From assembly GCA_025336725.1 (NCBI GenBank), contig GCA_025336725.1_3647.1: a stretch of DNA of 64,000 nt, one strand, 5' to 3'. Positions 1 to 8,870 of this stretch are shown in pieces; position 1 is the stretch's first letter; every line of letters starts with the position of its first letter. The position numbers were made by a program, and so were the translations under genes. This DNA is from Escherichia coli. Lineage in GTDB: Bacteria > Pseudomonadota > Gammaproteobacteria > Enterobacterales > Enterobacteriaceae. Below the pieces are notes generated by a model, which ran no database searches, was not told where the DNA came from, and saw only the letters and a program-made list of their open reading frames with translations.

Positions 1-342
1 CACGTTCTCTTCAATATCTCCGCTATAGACACTTTTAATGAACGTCAGGATCTCTTTTTCACCATTAGACTGATTGCGACAGCAACGAGGGCATCCTTGT
101 CCTTTCCCGTAATGGAATTCAGGACGCTGCATGAAGATATTCCCACACTCTTTGTGGCGCATCATCATAGGCGTTGAGGCGTTCACATAAGAGTCTTCAA
201 AATACTCATAATCCCCACCATGAACTTCTACACATCTCTCAACTATTTCTTGGAAGCTAGGAACTTTTTTCACAGAAACAGACCTTGCTGCGCAAGTCTT
301 GCACCCTTGCCCAGATAAATGCTTGCTGGGTTTCTGATACAT
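1..342 (-). CDS. Zn-ribbon repeat protein, partial (runs off window start)
   Basis: Minus-strand frame from ATG near 342 encodes ...VHGGDYEYF...CGNIF-QRPEFHYGKGQGCPRC, the same repeat module as ORF 430..729; not in the ORF track because truncated. Confidence 0.35.
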   Translation of the reverse strand, partial: MYQKPSKHLSGQGCKTCAARSVSVKKVPSFQEIVERCVEVHGGDYEYFEDSYVNASTPMMMRHKECGNIFMQRPEFHYGKGQGCPRCCRNQSNGEKEILTFIKSVYSGDIEENV

Positions 343-429
343 TATTCTTCCGCACGTTTTGCAATGAATCTCAACCTTATCCCAGAGGTCTTGCTTACTA
401 CATGGCTATGACCATACTTTTCAGCATTT

Positions 430-729
430 TCAAGGATATCTTTTTAATACCTTTTTGATCCACTCCTCGGTAGTGCACCTGTTACCACGCTCATGTGGGA
501 ATTTCTTACCCTTTCTTGATTTTGCAGATCTCTCAGCTCCACAAACAGGGCATCCTCTTTTTAGATTTATATGGTTATCAGGTGTCTGGTTGAAGTGGTT
601 ACCGCAGGTATTGCAGACTATTTCTACCTTATCTTTGCATGTTTTGTATTCTATAAGAGAATAATCGTACTTATCTCCGTGAACCCTACGAGCTTTTTCG
701 ATAAACCTTTCTGCACTCAATTTAGCCAT
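430..729 (-). CDS. Zn-ribbon repeat protein (VHGDKYDYS...CNTCG...GCPVCG module)
   Basis: 99-aa track ORF; RBS AAGGAGGAG before ATG at 729; Cys-x2-Cys ... Gly-Cys-Pro-x-Cys zinc-ribbon signature. Confidence 0.45.
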   Translation of the reverse strand: MAKLSAERFIEKARRVHGDKYDYSLIEYKTCKDKVEIVCNTCGNHFNQTPDNHINLKRGCPVCGAERSAKSRKGKKFPHERGNRCTTEEWIKKVLKRYP

Positions 730-789
730 AACTGTCTCCTCCTTTATTGTAGGATACTAAAAACAAACAAATATGTCAAAACCCTAAAA

Positions 790-818
790 GCAAAAAAGCC
801 CCACCCGAAGGTGAGGCT
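790..818 (-). terminator. Intrinsic terminator after tail tube gene
   Basis: Minus-strand hairpin AGCCTCACC-ttcg-GGTGGGGCT followed by TTTTTTG. Confidence 0.55.
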
Positions 819-835
819 TATACTAAAGTGTGCCC

Positions 836-1309
836 TTAGATAATACCTGCAAGACCTGCGAGGCCAGTGAGAGCACCAGTGATGTTGTCACGGTTGAGCC
901 ATGCATCCAGAATACCGATATCCCAGTCCAGTTGACCTACTTCGGTTCCGTAAGTCAGGTCAGGCTGTTTCTGGATCCAACCGATTGTAGAAATACCAGG
1001 GCCTTGGCTACCTTCCAGCAGAACCGGGAAGAATACCAGACCAGTAATCGATGCCTGTTTCTGCCAGTCGGAAAGGTAGGCGTTCCATACAGAAGTGTTC
1101 TGCAAAGATACAGTCATAACACCGGATTGGTTACGAGACAGAGCCGCAGACATTTCGCCATCCACACCAACGTGAGGGTAGATGTTGTCTTCATTTCTTG
1201 AAACAACGATCTTGGTGTCAGCAGCGAAGCCAGTGACACGCTGCTGCATCAGATACAGTTTGACCTTTTTAGGGTCATACGCATAAGGAGTTAAAATTTG
1301 AGTTTCCAT
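836..1309 (-). CDS. Tail tube protein (putative)
   Basis: 157-aa ORF immediately downstream of the sheath-sized gene on the same strand, the canonical sheath-tube order; no motif check possible. Confidence 0.5.
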   Translation of the reverse strand: METQILTPYAYDPKKVKLYLMQQRVTGFAADTKIVVSRNEDNIYPHVGVDGEMSAALSRNQSGVMTVSLQNTSVWNAYLSDWQKQASITGLVFFPVLLEGSQGPGISTIGWIQKQPDLTYGTEVGQLDWDIGILDAWLNRDNITGALTGLAGLAGII

Positions 1310-1319
1310 CTAGTATTCC

Positions 1320-2696
1320 TTATTCAGTCATTGCAACAGCATTGGTGGATTTAGAACCAACTTTGTCCAGAAGAACGTTGATCCGGATACGAACGAAGTG
1401 CAGAGCGTTGTTATACACCAGTTCTACTTTCACACCTTCCAGAACACGAGCAGCCAACTGGTTGGTCGGGATTTCTGCACGTTTTGGAACTGTAATGATC
1501 GGGTCGTAGAATACATTGTTGTCTTCGTCAAAACCTGTCAGGATAGCACCGTTCTTAATGCCCGTATTGATCGGGTTGTTCATCAGAACAGACTTGATAA
1601 CTGGCAGATCATCATCAGACATCTTCATGCTCAGGCCCATATTAGAGCGGCGGTGCATATATCCGAACATGGACTCTTCAGATCTAAACTTAATCCAGTG
1701 AGCGAAGCGGATAGCATCTGCATACTGACCAGAGGCACATTTACCTTCCCAGAAAGCACCAACACCGTTGATTGTTCTGTAGAAGTTAATGTTGTTCTCC
1801 CAAATCGCCATGCGCTGGGTCAATGTCAGTGATGGTGCAAGCACACCAGGCATCTGTTTTAAGTGTAAGCTGTCTCCGTAAGATGGATCGTTGGATGCCA
1901 TAGCACCGATAATACCGCCCTCTGGGAAGTCTTTGTCGGCGCGAGGGTCGTACATACCAACACTGTCATATTTTGCAGCTTTCAGTTTAGCGGCGATGTT
2001 GCTGTCTTTACCAGTTACATCTTCTGAAGTAGAGTAGACATGTAACTTGTAGTTAGCCTGAGCCCACTTAGCACACGCCTCAATGTCTGTGTGGTCTTCA
2101 TGACACAGGAAGTACCAATTGTCCCGCTCAGCATTGATCTTGTCAATTACTGTAGAAGGTTTTTCAGCATTGGCGATATTTTTGATTGTATAGTTACCAG
2201 TATGATAACCAACAGTGCAGTCACCAGTGATGGTGAGAACACCTTCAGAAGCCTCTACAGTGATATCGTTCAAGCTATCATCTGCTTCAATTTTAGTCTT
2301 CATTGACTCTGCAATCTGAGTTGCACCTGTTCCACCAGAAACAGGGACTATCAAGGCAGTATTGTAGTCACCTTTTGCAATAGTCATTACGACATCGGTA
2401 TCAGCTGCAGCAGCAATGCCTTTGAAATCTACAGTGGTTTTTTCTTTGGCTTGTCTGCCGATCATAACATATTGTGGAGGGAATACACCACCAAAAGCTT
2501 TTGCTGCAAACTCATATGCTGCAGAGCCTTGTGCGAAACCATCTTCCACCATCTGGTCCAGCTCAGCATATACGCGAGCTCGCTCAGTAAAGTTATTGTG
2601 GATAGCGATGAACAGGGGAGTTTCGAAACCTACAGTGTCAATAGGCTGGGTTCCGAGGTTAACTGTAACATCTACCACTTTATCTAAATATGGCAT
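1320..2696 (-). CDS. Contractile tail sheath protein (putative)
   Basis: 458-aa ORF, sheath-like size and position between head-completion genes and tube gene. Confidence 0.6.
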   Translation of the reverse strand: MPYLDKVVDVTVNLGTQPIDTVGFETPLFIAIHNNFTERARVYAELDQMVEDGFAQGSAAYEFAAKAFGGVFPPQYVMIGRQAKEKTTVDFKGIAAAADTDVVMTIAKGDYNTALIVPVSGGTGATQIAESMKTKIEADDSLNDITVEASEGVLTITGDCTVGYHTGNYTIKNIANAEKPSTVIDKINAERDNWYFLCHEDHTDIEACAKWAQANYKLHVYSTSEDVTGKDSNIAAKLKAAKYDSVGMYDPRADKDFPEGGIIGAMASNDPSYGDSLHLKQMPGVLAPSLTLTQRMAIWENNINFYRTINGVGAFWEGKCASGQYADAIRFAHWIKFRSEESMFGYMHRRSNMGLSMKMSDDDLPVIKSVLMNNPINTGIKNGAILTGFDEDNNVFYDPIITVPKRAEIPTNQLAARVLEGVKVELVYNNALHFVRIRINVLLDKVGSKSTNAVAMTE

Positions 2697-2768
2697 TTGT
2701 TTCCTCTTAATATCTGTGCACGGATATCAAACACGCAGTGTAATCATTACACTACACAATTATAACGA

Positions 2769-3320
2769 TTACTGACCGCTGTCTGTAACCGCTTGACCAG
2801 CATCGGGTGAAGGGAAATGTGTGGTTACTTCAGCCTTTATTCCCTGGAGATCTTCAAAAGCCCCAATGTCTGTCTCAACAAACCTTACGTTAAATGTCAA
2901 CATTACAGTGGCTCTATTTTCATACGTCTGCTTATTCAACGGCACCCTTTGAGGTGAGATTGTTGAATTGTTAGAGTAGGCAAAGCACGATCCCAGAGGG
3001 AAATACTTGTCATAAAACATTGGGAGATTTATTGCTTGCAGCACTCTACTCAGTGCAGCATATGCCCTGCCACGATAAGCTGTTAACAGATAAGTAACAG
3101 TGTAACTATGGGTGACGTAAGCATTACCCTCCGCATCTTGAAACTCATTGTCTTCCCAAGTGGTAGGATTGATCGCCAATGTTTGTAAAAGTACAAACTC
3201 ACCTTCCGGCTTCGGTATGGTAGAACTTTCTGCCAGAACCACAGTTCTTCCTGTAGCAACCTTGACGAGTTTAGCAATAGTGGTTTCAAGATCAGAAAAA
3301 ACTTTTTCGAAAGCTTCCAT
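2769..3320 (-). CDS. Hypothetical virion protein (tail completion/neck region)
   Basis: 183-aa track ORF packed between head and tail genes. Confidence 0.3.
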   Translation of the reverse strand: MEAFEKVFSDLETTIAKLVKVATGRTVVLAESSTIPKPEGEFVLLQTLAINPTTWEDNEFQDAEGNAYVTHSYTVTYLLTAYRGRAYAALSRVLQAINLPMFYDKYFPLGSCFAYSNNSTISPQRVPLNKQTYENRATVMLTFNVRFVETDIGAFEDLQGIKAEVTTHFPSPDAGQAVTDSGQ

Positions 3321-3745
3321 TAGTTTTCTCCTTCAGGCTCTTCTACCACAAAAAATCTATATCTTCCCCCACCAGACGTGATATATGCATCACACTTTAA
3401 AACGGTAAACCATTTCAAGTCACCGCGGATGTCAGGCAGTTGAATTTGATCAGCCATTGCATACGTTCCTTCATCCGGACTATACAACTTGGTTGATGAG
3501 TAAACTGTAAAAGCCTCATACTGTCTGTCACCCTCAGGGTTTATTTGAGAGGAGTAATCTTTAGCTGCCCTTCCTGTCAACGGCTGCACAACACACTCTA
3601 AGACATCAAACTCTTCATATTCAAGTTCTAACCCCTCGTTAGCAAAAGGCCCACCAATTGTTTTGTTATACACTCTGTGGCGACCTTTGAATGTTTTACG
3701 AGGTATTAGCCTGTTCTTTCCTATCAGCCTATAACCTGCTGCCAC
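3320..3745 (-). CDS. Hypothetical virion protein (neck/tail terminator region)
   Basis: 141-aa track ORF, start/stop adjacency with neighbours. Confidence 0.3.
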   Translation of the reverse strand: MAAGYRLIGKNRLIPRKTFKGRHRVYNKTIGGPFANEGLELEYEEFDVLECVVQPLTGRAAKDYSSQINPEGDRQYEAFTVYSSTKLYSPDEGTYAMADQIQLPDIRGDLKWFTVLKCDAYITSGGGRYRFFVVEEPEGEN

Positions 3746-3754
3746 TCAACCCCC

Positions 3755-4231
3755 TTATTTTTGCTGTCCAATTTTAAAGGTTGCAGATTCAAGCAGCACA
3801 TCGTAATGCCGCATAGCTTCGTTGAAGCCCTTCTCTTGTGCCCACTGCTCACTAACCGTAGGATTACTAAACTGCCCCGCCTCAATAACAAACTGGATAG
3901 CTTTAGCCCCTGTATCCCCCATCTGCTTAAGAATAGCCTCTGCACTTGATCCTCTAGCCATAGCTCTCAACAATTTTTCTGTCAAGGTCTGCAGTTGCGT
4001 GCTGTGAAATGCAAAGGCCGTCTCCATGAAATTGCGAACAGGCAGCCCGTTCCAACCGAAGTTGTGAATAGCTGCCAATGTTGCCATATTTAAGCCTGAC
4101 GGGTGAGGTTCATCATAAAAGCCGTAGGTTATTGTTTTGCTTTCTAGTTTCACAAGGTCTTTGTAAAAGCGATCTAAACGCTTTAGGTTGAACCTGGTTT
4201 GACATCTAACCTTTAGCATTATATTCCTCAC
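3755..4231 (-). CDS. Hypothetical head-tail joining protein
   Basis: 158-aa track ORF in head-completion position. Confidence 0.3.
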   Translation of the reverse strand: MRNIMLKVRCQTRFNLKRLDRFYKDLVKLESKTITYGFYDEPHPSGLNMATLAAIHNFGWNGLPVRNFMETAFAFHSTQLQTLTEKLLRAMARGSSAEAILKQMGDTGAKAIQFVIEAGQFSNPTVSEQWAQEKGFNEAMRHYDVLLESATFKIGQQK

Positions 4232-4272
4232 TAATGTATTTTACCACAAAGATACATCAAAAGCAACAATTT

Positions 4273-4950
4273 TTAAAAACTGCGTTTGCGTCTTGGGTGG
4301 CGAGGAGGTTGGTTATTTAGACCACTGATAGGTGTAATCCCCTGGACATCGAACGGTCCGTTGCTGTTTTCATTAAATTTAACCCGAATTCCTTCATCTA
4401 CACGAACACCCCCAATGATAATCATTCTGCTGTAAGCATCTAGCTCAGAATCTACATAGTCTGGGTTTGCCAGCAACCAATCAAGGAAATCTTTCCATTG
4501 GGCGTAGGAAGATCCACCACGAATCTCTATGGTCTCATCACCTATTTTTTCCAGACGGGAAGTTATACTTGCATTACCGCTGGACACTTCCTGCATCATC
4601 AGCCACCGCACAAGCTGCACAAGCACATTGTACTTAAGTAGGGGAAGCTTATCAGGGTCTGCCGGATAATTTAATTTCAACTTTTCCATGTCAAGGAATG
4701 TTTTAATTACCTCATCAGGGAGGGTTTCCTCATCAACATTGCCAAGCAACAACCTCATAATATTAATAAGAGGTTGGTCTGGATCAGGTTCCGGAGGTAC
4801 AGGATCTTCTTTTGGTGGTTCTTCTGGGGTATCGACTACACCATCATGGTTAGGCGGGGACGGGATAATCTCTTCATCTTCATACCATGCCATTTGAAAA
4901 TACCTCGTAAAAATAAAGCCCCATTCCTGATTTGGAAGGGGCCTTAACAA
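4273..4950 (-). CDS. Hypothetical virion protein
   Basis: Track ORF uses TTG at 4950; likely true start is ATG at 4893 (MAWYEDEE...); proline/acidic-rich N-terminus. Confidence 0.3.
   Translation of the reverse strand: MLRPLPNQEWGFIFTRYFQMAWYEDEEIIPSPPNHDGVVDTPEEPPKEDPVPPEPDPDQPLINIMRLLLGNVDEETLPDEVIKTFLDMEKLKLNYPADPDKLPLLKYNVLVQLVRWLMMQEVSSGNASITSRLEKIGDETIEIRGGSSYAQWKDFLDWLLANPDYVDSELDAYSRMIIIGGVRVDEGIRVKFNENSNGPFDVQGITPISGLNNQPPRHPRRKRSF
4917..4942 (-). terminator. Weak hairpin plus T-tract between two head-completion genes
   Basis: GCCCC/GGGGC stem with a long loop, followed on minus strand by TTTATTTT. Confidence 0.25.
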
Positions 4951-4952
4951 AA

Positions 4953-5768
4953 TTATGCCAGTGCAGCCTCAAAATCTTTCATCATATTTTGGAAAGTTTT
5001 TGCCTTACTTAAGGTAACACCGTGCTCTTTAGCGAAGGTTTGGAGTGCATCTTTTGAACCACTTTTGTCATCTTCGTTGTTAAGAGCTGCGGCCTGTTTA
5101 AGGATTTCATCCTTATTCTCAACAGCTGCAGATGCGAAAGAGGCTACAGTCACATCTTGTGGATCTGCTACAGGACCTTCACCGTCACCCTCAAGAGGTG
5201 GTTCCGGAACTTCAGGTTCAGGCTCTGGGGCCACTGTAGAGGTCAGCCCAAGATTTACAACCTGAGAGCGTTTCTTAGGCCATTCGATGGTGAAAGTTTG
5301 GGTATCTTCTTCATAAACAATGTTGCATTGCTCATCGTTTATGGTCACTTTCTTAGGCATACCTTCAGGGTCCCACAGATGGCCCTCTGCAACGGAAACT
5401 TGGAAAGCAGCATCTACTTCTTTAAATACTGACGGGGTGAGTGTGATATTGACATCCCCACTTTGCAGTGTTAAAGTGCTTTCATCAAGGTTTTCTGTGA
5501 AGAACAGAAGAATAACACCCATACGGATAGTTGAAATACCAGTATCAATTGGCAGGCCTGTGTGTTTTGCAATCTTCTGGAAGAAGTCTACAATCGTTCT
5601 ACATGGATAGTGAACACTGCCAATAACGAATTCTGTTGGGGGCAGCAGAGCTGATAAACCAACATTGATTTCTGGATTGTATTGTGCTAAAAATTGATAA
5701 AAACTTAATTGATTGTTGAAAACTCTTAATAGAGGATCATACTCAACTGGATATACGGCTCTCTTCAC
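4953..5768 (-). CDS. Hypothetical virion protein
   Basis: 271-aa track ORF directly downstream of the major capsid terminator. Confidence 0.3.
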   Translation of the reverse strand: MKRAVYPVEYDPLLRVFNNQLSFYQFLAQYNPEINVGLSALLPPTEFVIGSVHYPCRTIVDFFQKIAKHTGLPIDTGISTIRMGVILLFFTENLDESTLTLQSGDVNITLTPSVFKEVDAAFQVSVAEGHLWDPEGMPKKVTINDEQCNIVYEEDTQTFTIEWPKKRSQVVNLGLTSTVAPEPEPEVPEPPLEGDGEGPVADPQDVTVASFASAAVENKDEILKQAAALNNEDDKSGSKDALQTFAKEHGVTLSKAKTFQNMMKDFEAALA

Positions 5769-5789
5769 GGGACACTCCTGTTAAACCCT

Positions 5790-5824
5790 AATAAAATAAA
5801 AAAGGGGGGGAGAACCCCTCCCCA
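5790..5824 (-). terminator. Intrinsic terminator after major capsid gene
   Basis: Minus-strand GGGGAGGGG-ttct-CCCCCCC hairpin followed by TTTTTTTATTTT. Confidence 0.6.
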
Positions 5825-5847
5825 TATGGGATGAATCACCTTAGTGA

Positions 5848-6858
5848 TTAGCCACCGTTTTTCAGAGTTACTTTAACAACCAGCTCTGGACGGGTGTTAA
5901 CTGCCAGCATAGAAGTTTCAGATTCAATCTTCTCTTCACGCAGGTATGCAGAGTGTTTATACCACATATACAGTTCCTGTGCTGGGGTATTTGCTTCGTT
6001 AACATCGTCTGCCGGAGCAAAGTGCAGCTGGAACATCTGATCAATACCCATCGGCAGAATGCGAGCTTCTTTCGTAGGAATATTGCCAGAGATATCTTCG
6101 ATAAAGGTGATACCTTTATGCTCAAACACACGGTATACGCTGTCTTGACCGCCAGCACCAAGACGGCGACGCAGAGGTTCCTGAGCAGAGCCGTAATAGG
6201 TGTATGCCAGTTCTACCAGAGGGTGATGGGTAATAGCACTGAAGAACTCCGGTGAGCACAGAGCTACAATACGATAGCCAGCTGCGTTATCGCCAGCTTG
6301 CAGCGCGATGTGCAGACGAGCTTCTTCCAGAACCTCCATCGGATCCTGATCTGCTTTTGCAGGGTCGATCTCAACAGATTTCTGAGACACACCCCACAGA
6401 GTGTAGTAGTCATACTGACAAGTTGTGTCGCCAGGTGCATAGGATTTACCCAGAATAGCCTGGAACAGCGCTTTCTCACGCAGTGCTTCATGAGAAACAC
6501 GGATACGGCGAACAACGCGGGTTACTACGTCCTGAACAGTTTTCGGAGCATCAGGGGTGAAGTAACGACGGAAGTTCTGAACATCTGCGGCAGTGATGCC
6601 TTTATCCAGAGGGAAGAACGGGATGTTCAGGTTTTTAACCTGGGCACGTTCACTACCAACGTAGTTACGCTCACCACCACGACGGCGTGCCGGAATGTCG
6701 GTTACAACTTCATCAACACGCTCGATCTGAGCAATTGTTGAGGTGCCGAGACGGGTTTCGAACAGATCCATACCAGTGATCAGTCGGAATTGGCGCGGAA
6801 CAAGGTCCAGAGTAGCACCTAAATCAACAATGCCAAATTCATCTTTACGAGTAATCAT
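5848..6858 (-). CDS. Major capsid protein (putative, HK97-fold)
   Basis: 336-aa ORF downstream of scaffold and decoration-like genes and followed by a strong terminator; typical capsid size. Confidence 0.6.
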   Translation of the reverse strand: MITRKDEFGIVDLGATLDLVPRQFRLITGMDLFETRLGTSTIAQIERVDEVVTDIPARRRGGERNYVGSERAQVKNLNIPFFPLDKGITAADVQNFRRYFTPDAPKTVQDVVTRVVRRIRVSHEALREKALFQAILGKSYAPGDTTCQYDYYTLWGVSQKSVEIDPAKADQDPMEVLEEARLHIALQAGDNAAGYRIVALCSPEFFSAITHHPLVELAYTYYGSAQEPLRRRLGAGGQDSVYRVFEHKGITFIEDISGNIPTKEARILPMGIDQMFQLHFAPADDVNEANTPAQELYMWYKHSAYLREEKIESETSMLAVNTRPELVVKVTLKNGG

Positions 6859-6908
6859 TTATTTCTCCAAAGTAAAACTTAAATATTTCCCGAACAATTT
6901 AGGGCTTA

Positions 6909-7295
6909 TTATTCACCAATAGTCTGGACGTGAACTTTGTTACCTAAAGCTTCCAACTTATCCAGAATTCTTTGGTCTGCTTTAGCTCCGTCTGCACCTA
7001 ACAGCATATCTTTTGCAAAGGTAACACCGTGGACGGCAACAACCAGGTTATAGGACTGACCCACTTCTAATGGTTTTGCAAGATGAACTTTTCCTGCATC
7101 TTTGACAAGAGCACGGTCAACAAGAACGCCGTACACATCAGAACCGTCTGCGTTAGCGATAGTCCCAGTTTTTGTTACAACAGTGCCAGCGTGGTGATGC
7201 TCTGTCAGTGTTACCTTGATCTCTTTAAAATTGTAGCCAGCATCGCTAGAATCAACTTTGCCGAGCACGATATCAGAATATTGAGCGGTAATCAT
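6909..7295 (-). CDS. Head decoration-like protein (putative)
   Basis: 128-aa ORF between scaffold and capsid genes (lambda D-like position). Confidence 0.35.
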   Translation of the reverse strand: MITAQYSDIVLGKVDSSDAGYNFKEIKVTLTEHHHAGTVVTKTGTIANADGSDVYGVLVDRALVKDAGKVHLAKPLEVGQSYNLVVAVHGVTFAKDMLLGADGAKADQRILDKLEALGNKVHVQTIGE

Positions 7296-7315
7296 TTATT
7301 TCCCCCGTTAATGTC

Positions 7316-7789
7316 TTATTTGTTAGATTCTGCACGTGCACGAGCAAGTGCTTTTGCAACGTTTTCAGCAAGAATTTCTTCTGCGGATTTTGCAATATCA
7401 TCCACAACAGGTTCGCCATCATTACCATGTTCAGTGGTGGCAAACTCTTCTTTGGTTTTATGCACCTCTGCTTCCAGCTCTTCAATTTTTGCTTGAGCTT
7501 TCTCCAGCATAGCTACGATAGGTTCGTTAGCTTTTTCCAGCATGAAGTCAACCAGGGTTGCATGATCTTCTTCACCAACAAAGCTTAAAGCTTGAGCTTT
7601 AGCCAGCATTTTAGCTTTTTCAACTTCAACCTGGGCCTTGATGATTTCTTCAGCTTTACTCTGGGTTGCTTTCAGCTCTTCTACTTGCTTCAGCAGATCC
7701 AGATACTCTTTAGTTTTGGTTACGTCCACCGGATTCTCCTCGGTATTTGCGGATTTTGCAACATCATCCACCTCGGTAGTTTTATCCAC
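7316..7789 (-). CDS. Scaffolding protein (putative)
   Basis: 157-aa acidic, Ala/Glu/Lys-rich predicted coiled coil, upstream of capsid gene. Confidence 0.45.
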   Translation of the reverse strand: MDKTTEVDDVAKSANTEENPVDVTKTKEYLDLLKQVEELKATQSKAEEIIKAQVEVEKAKMLAKAQALSFVGEEDHATLVDFMLEKANEPIVAMLEKAQAKIEELEAEVHKTKEEFATTEHGNDGEPVVDDIAKSAEEILAENVAKALARARAESNK

Positions 7790-7809
7790 CTCAGCAGGTT
7801 CCTGTCTAC

Positions 7810-8295
7810 TTAACAGATCAGGTTCCCTTCTTTATCGAAGAGATCAGCGGTTACTTGTTCAAAAATCTGTTGTGTTTTTAACGAACTGCTCTGATCTACC
7901 ACGTTAAGCTGCTTGCCTTCTTTTGCAGCTTTATGAATGGTCACGTTATCACAACGCTCTTCCAGCCATGCAATGCAAGACTCTGCGTCAGCTTGCGCCC
8001 ATTCCCAATCAGGATGCTCTTTAGCCCAAGCTTCCTCTTCAATCTCAAAACCAAGCATGTGTGCGAGTGCTTTGGCATCGTCATACCACATATCGAAGAA
8101 ACGACGCAGGTATTCTTCAAAACTCAGCTCCACAGTAACTTGGCGAAGTGCCTTAACAATATCGTCTGTTAACTGCTCAGGCTGAAGATCACTCTTCATC
8201 AAAAGAGATACAGGTCTGTTGTTAGCGCTATAGCCTTGCGCCTTATGGCACAGGGCAATCCCCTTCTCTTTAATAGTGATTGTTTTTTCAGACAT
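7810..8295 (-). CDS. Hypothetical head morphogenesis protein
   Basis: 161-aa track ORF between portal and scaffold. Confidence 0.3.
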   Translation of the reverse strand: MSEKTITIKEKGIALCHKAQGYSANNRPVSLLMKSDLQPEQLTDDIVKALRQVTVELSFEEYLRRFFDMWYDDAKALAHMLGFEIEEEAWAKEHPDWEWAQADAESCIAWLEERCDNVTIHKAAKEGKQLNVVDQSSSLKTQQIFEQVTADLFDKEGNLIC

Positions 8296-8870
8296 TATTC
8301 ATTGCCCTCTTCTACAACACTGATCCCGAAATTTACATTGGTAATTTCGCCCGTCTCTTCATCAACATTACCTGTTGCCTGAATGCTTAGGCCACCAACA
8401 ATGCCAGCCTTCTTAGCTTCCCATAATTCAGGATTATTGTATTTAACTTTAGCAACCCAAGAGCCAGCCTTGATGACCTGCTCAGTACCAATTACTACAA
8501 CATCAAACTCTTCTTGAATCCACGTCTTTTCAATAGTGAAAGCATCTGTAGAGGTCAAGTGAAAAAGGTTTTCAGAAACTAGGCCTGCGGCGTATGCTGC
8601 GTCCCAATTATCTTTAGCCTTTTTGATAGTGTCTTTACTCATCCACTCACCGTGAGCATCTTTAGTGTCAGGTTCGTAGATGATTTCGTAGGAAATCATT
8701 TCTTCCTGTGGCATCTTATTCCCCATGTGGATTATTTTATCACGCCAAAGGAGGTTTTGCAACCCCCTGTGTTGATAATTTTTAATTTTCCATGTTAGAT
8801 ATGGAATTATCTCTGGTTGATGACATCTTAGAAGTGCCGTTGCCAGTGGATCCTGCAGCCATACCATCAC
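8295..8870 (-). CDS. Hypothetical head morphogenesis protein
   Basis: Track ORF overlaps portal 3' end; true start probably the internal Met (MPQEEMISYE...). Confidence 0.3.
   Translation of the reverse strand: MMVWLQDPLATALLRCHQPEIIPYLTWKIKNYQHRGLQNLLWRDKIIHMGNKMPQEEMISYEIIYEPDTKDAHGEWMSKDTIKKAKDNWDAAYAAGLVSENLFHLTSTDAFTIEKTWIQEEFDVVVIGTEQVIKAGSWVAKVKYNNPELWEAKKAGIVGGLSIQATGNVDEETGEITNVNFGISVVEEGNE

Noticed and set aside
1398-2775. Plus-strand track ORFs overlapping the tail sheath gene (and similar opposite-strand ORFs over the capsid, portal and terminase genes)
   Set aside because: They lie antisense to long, well-supported structural genes, have no RBS context and look like shadow ORFs.
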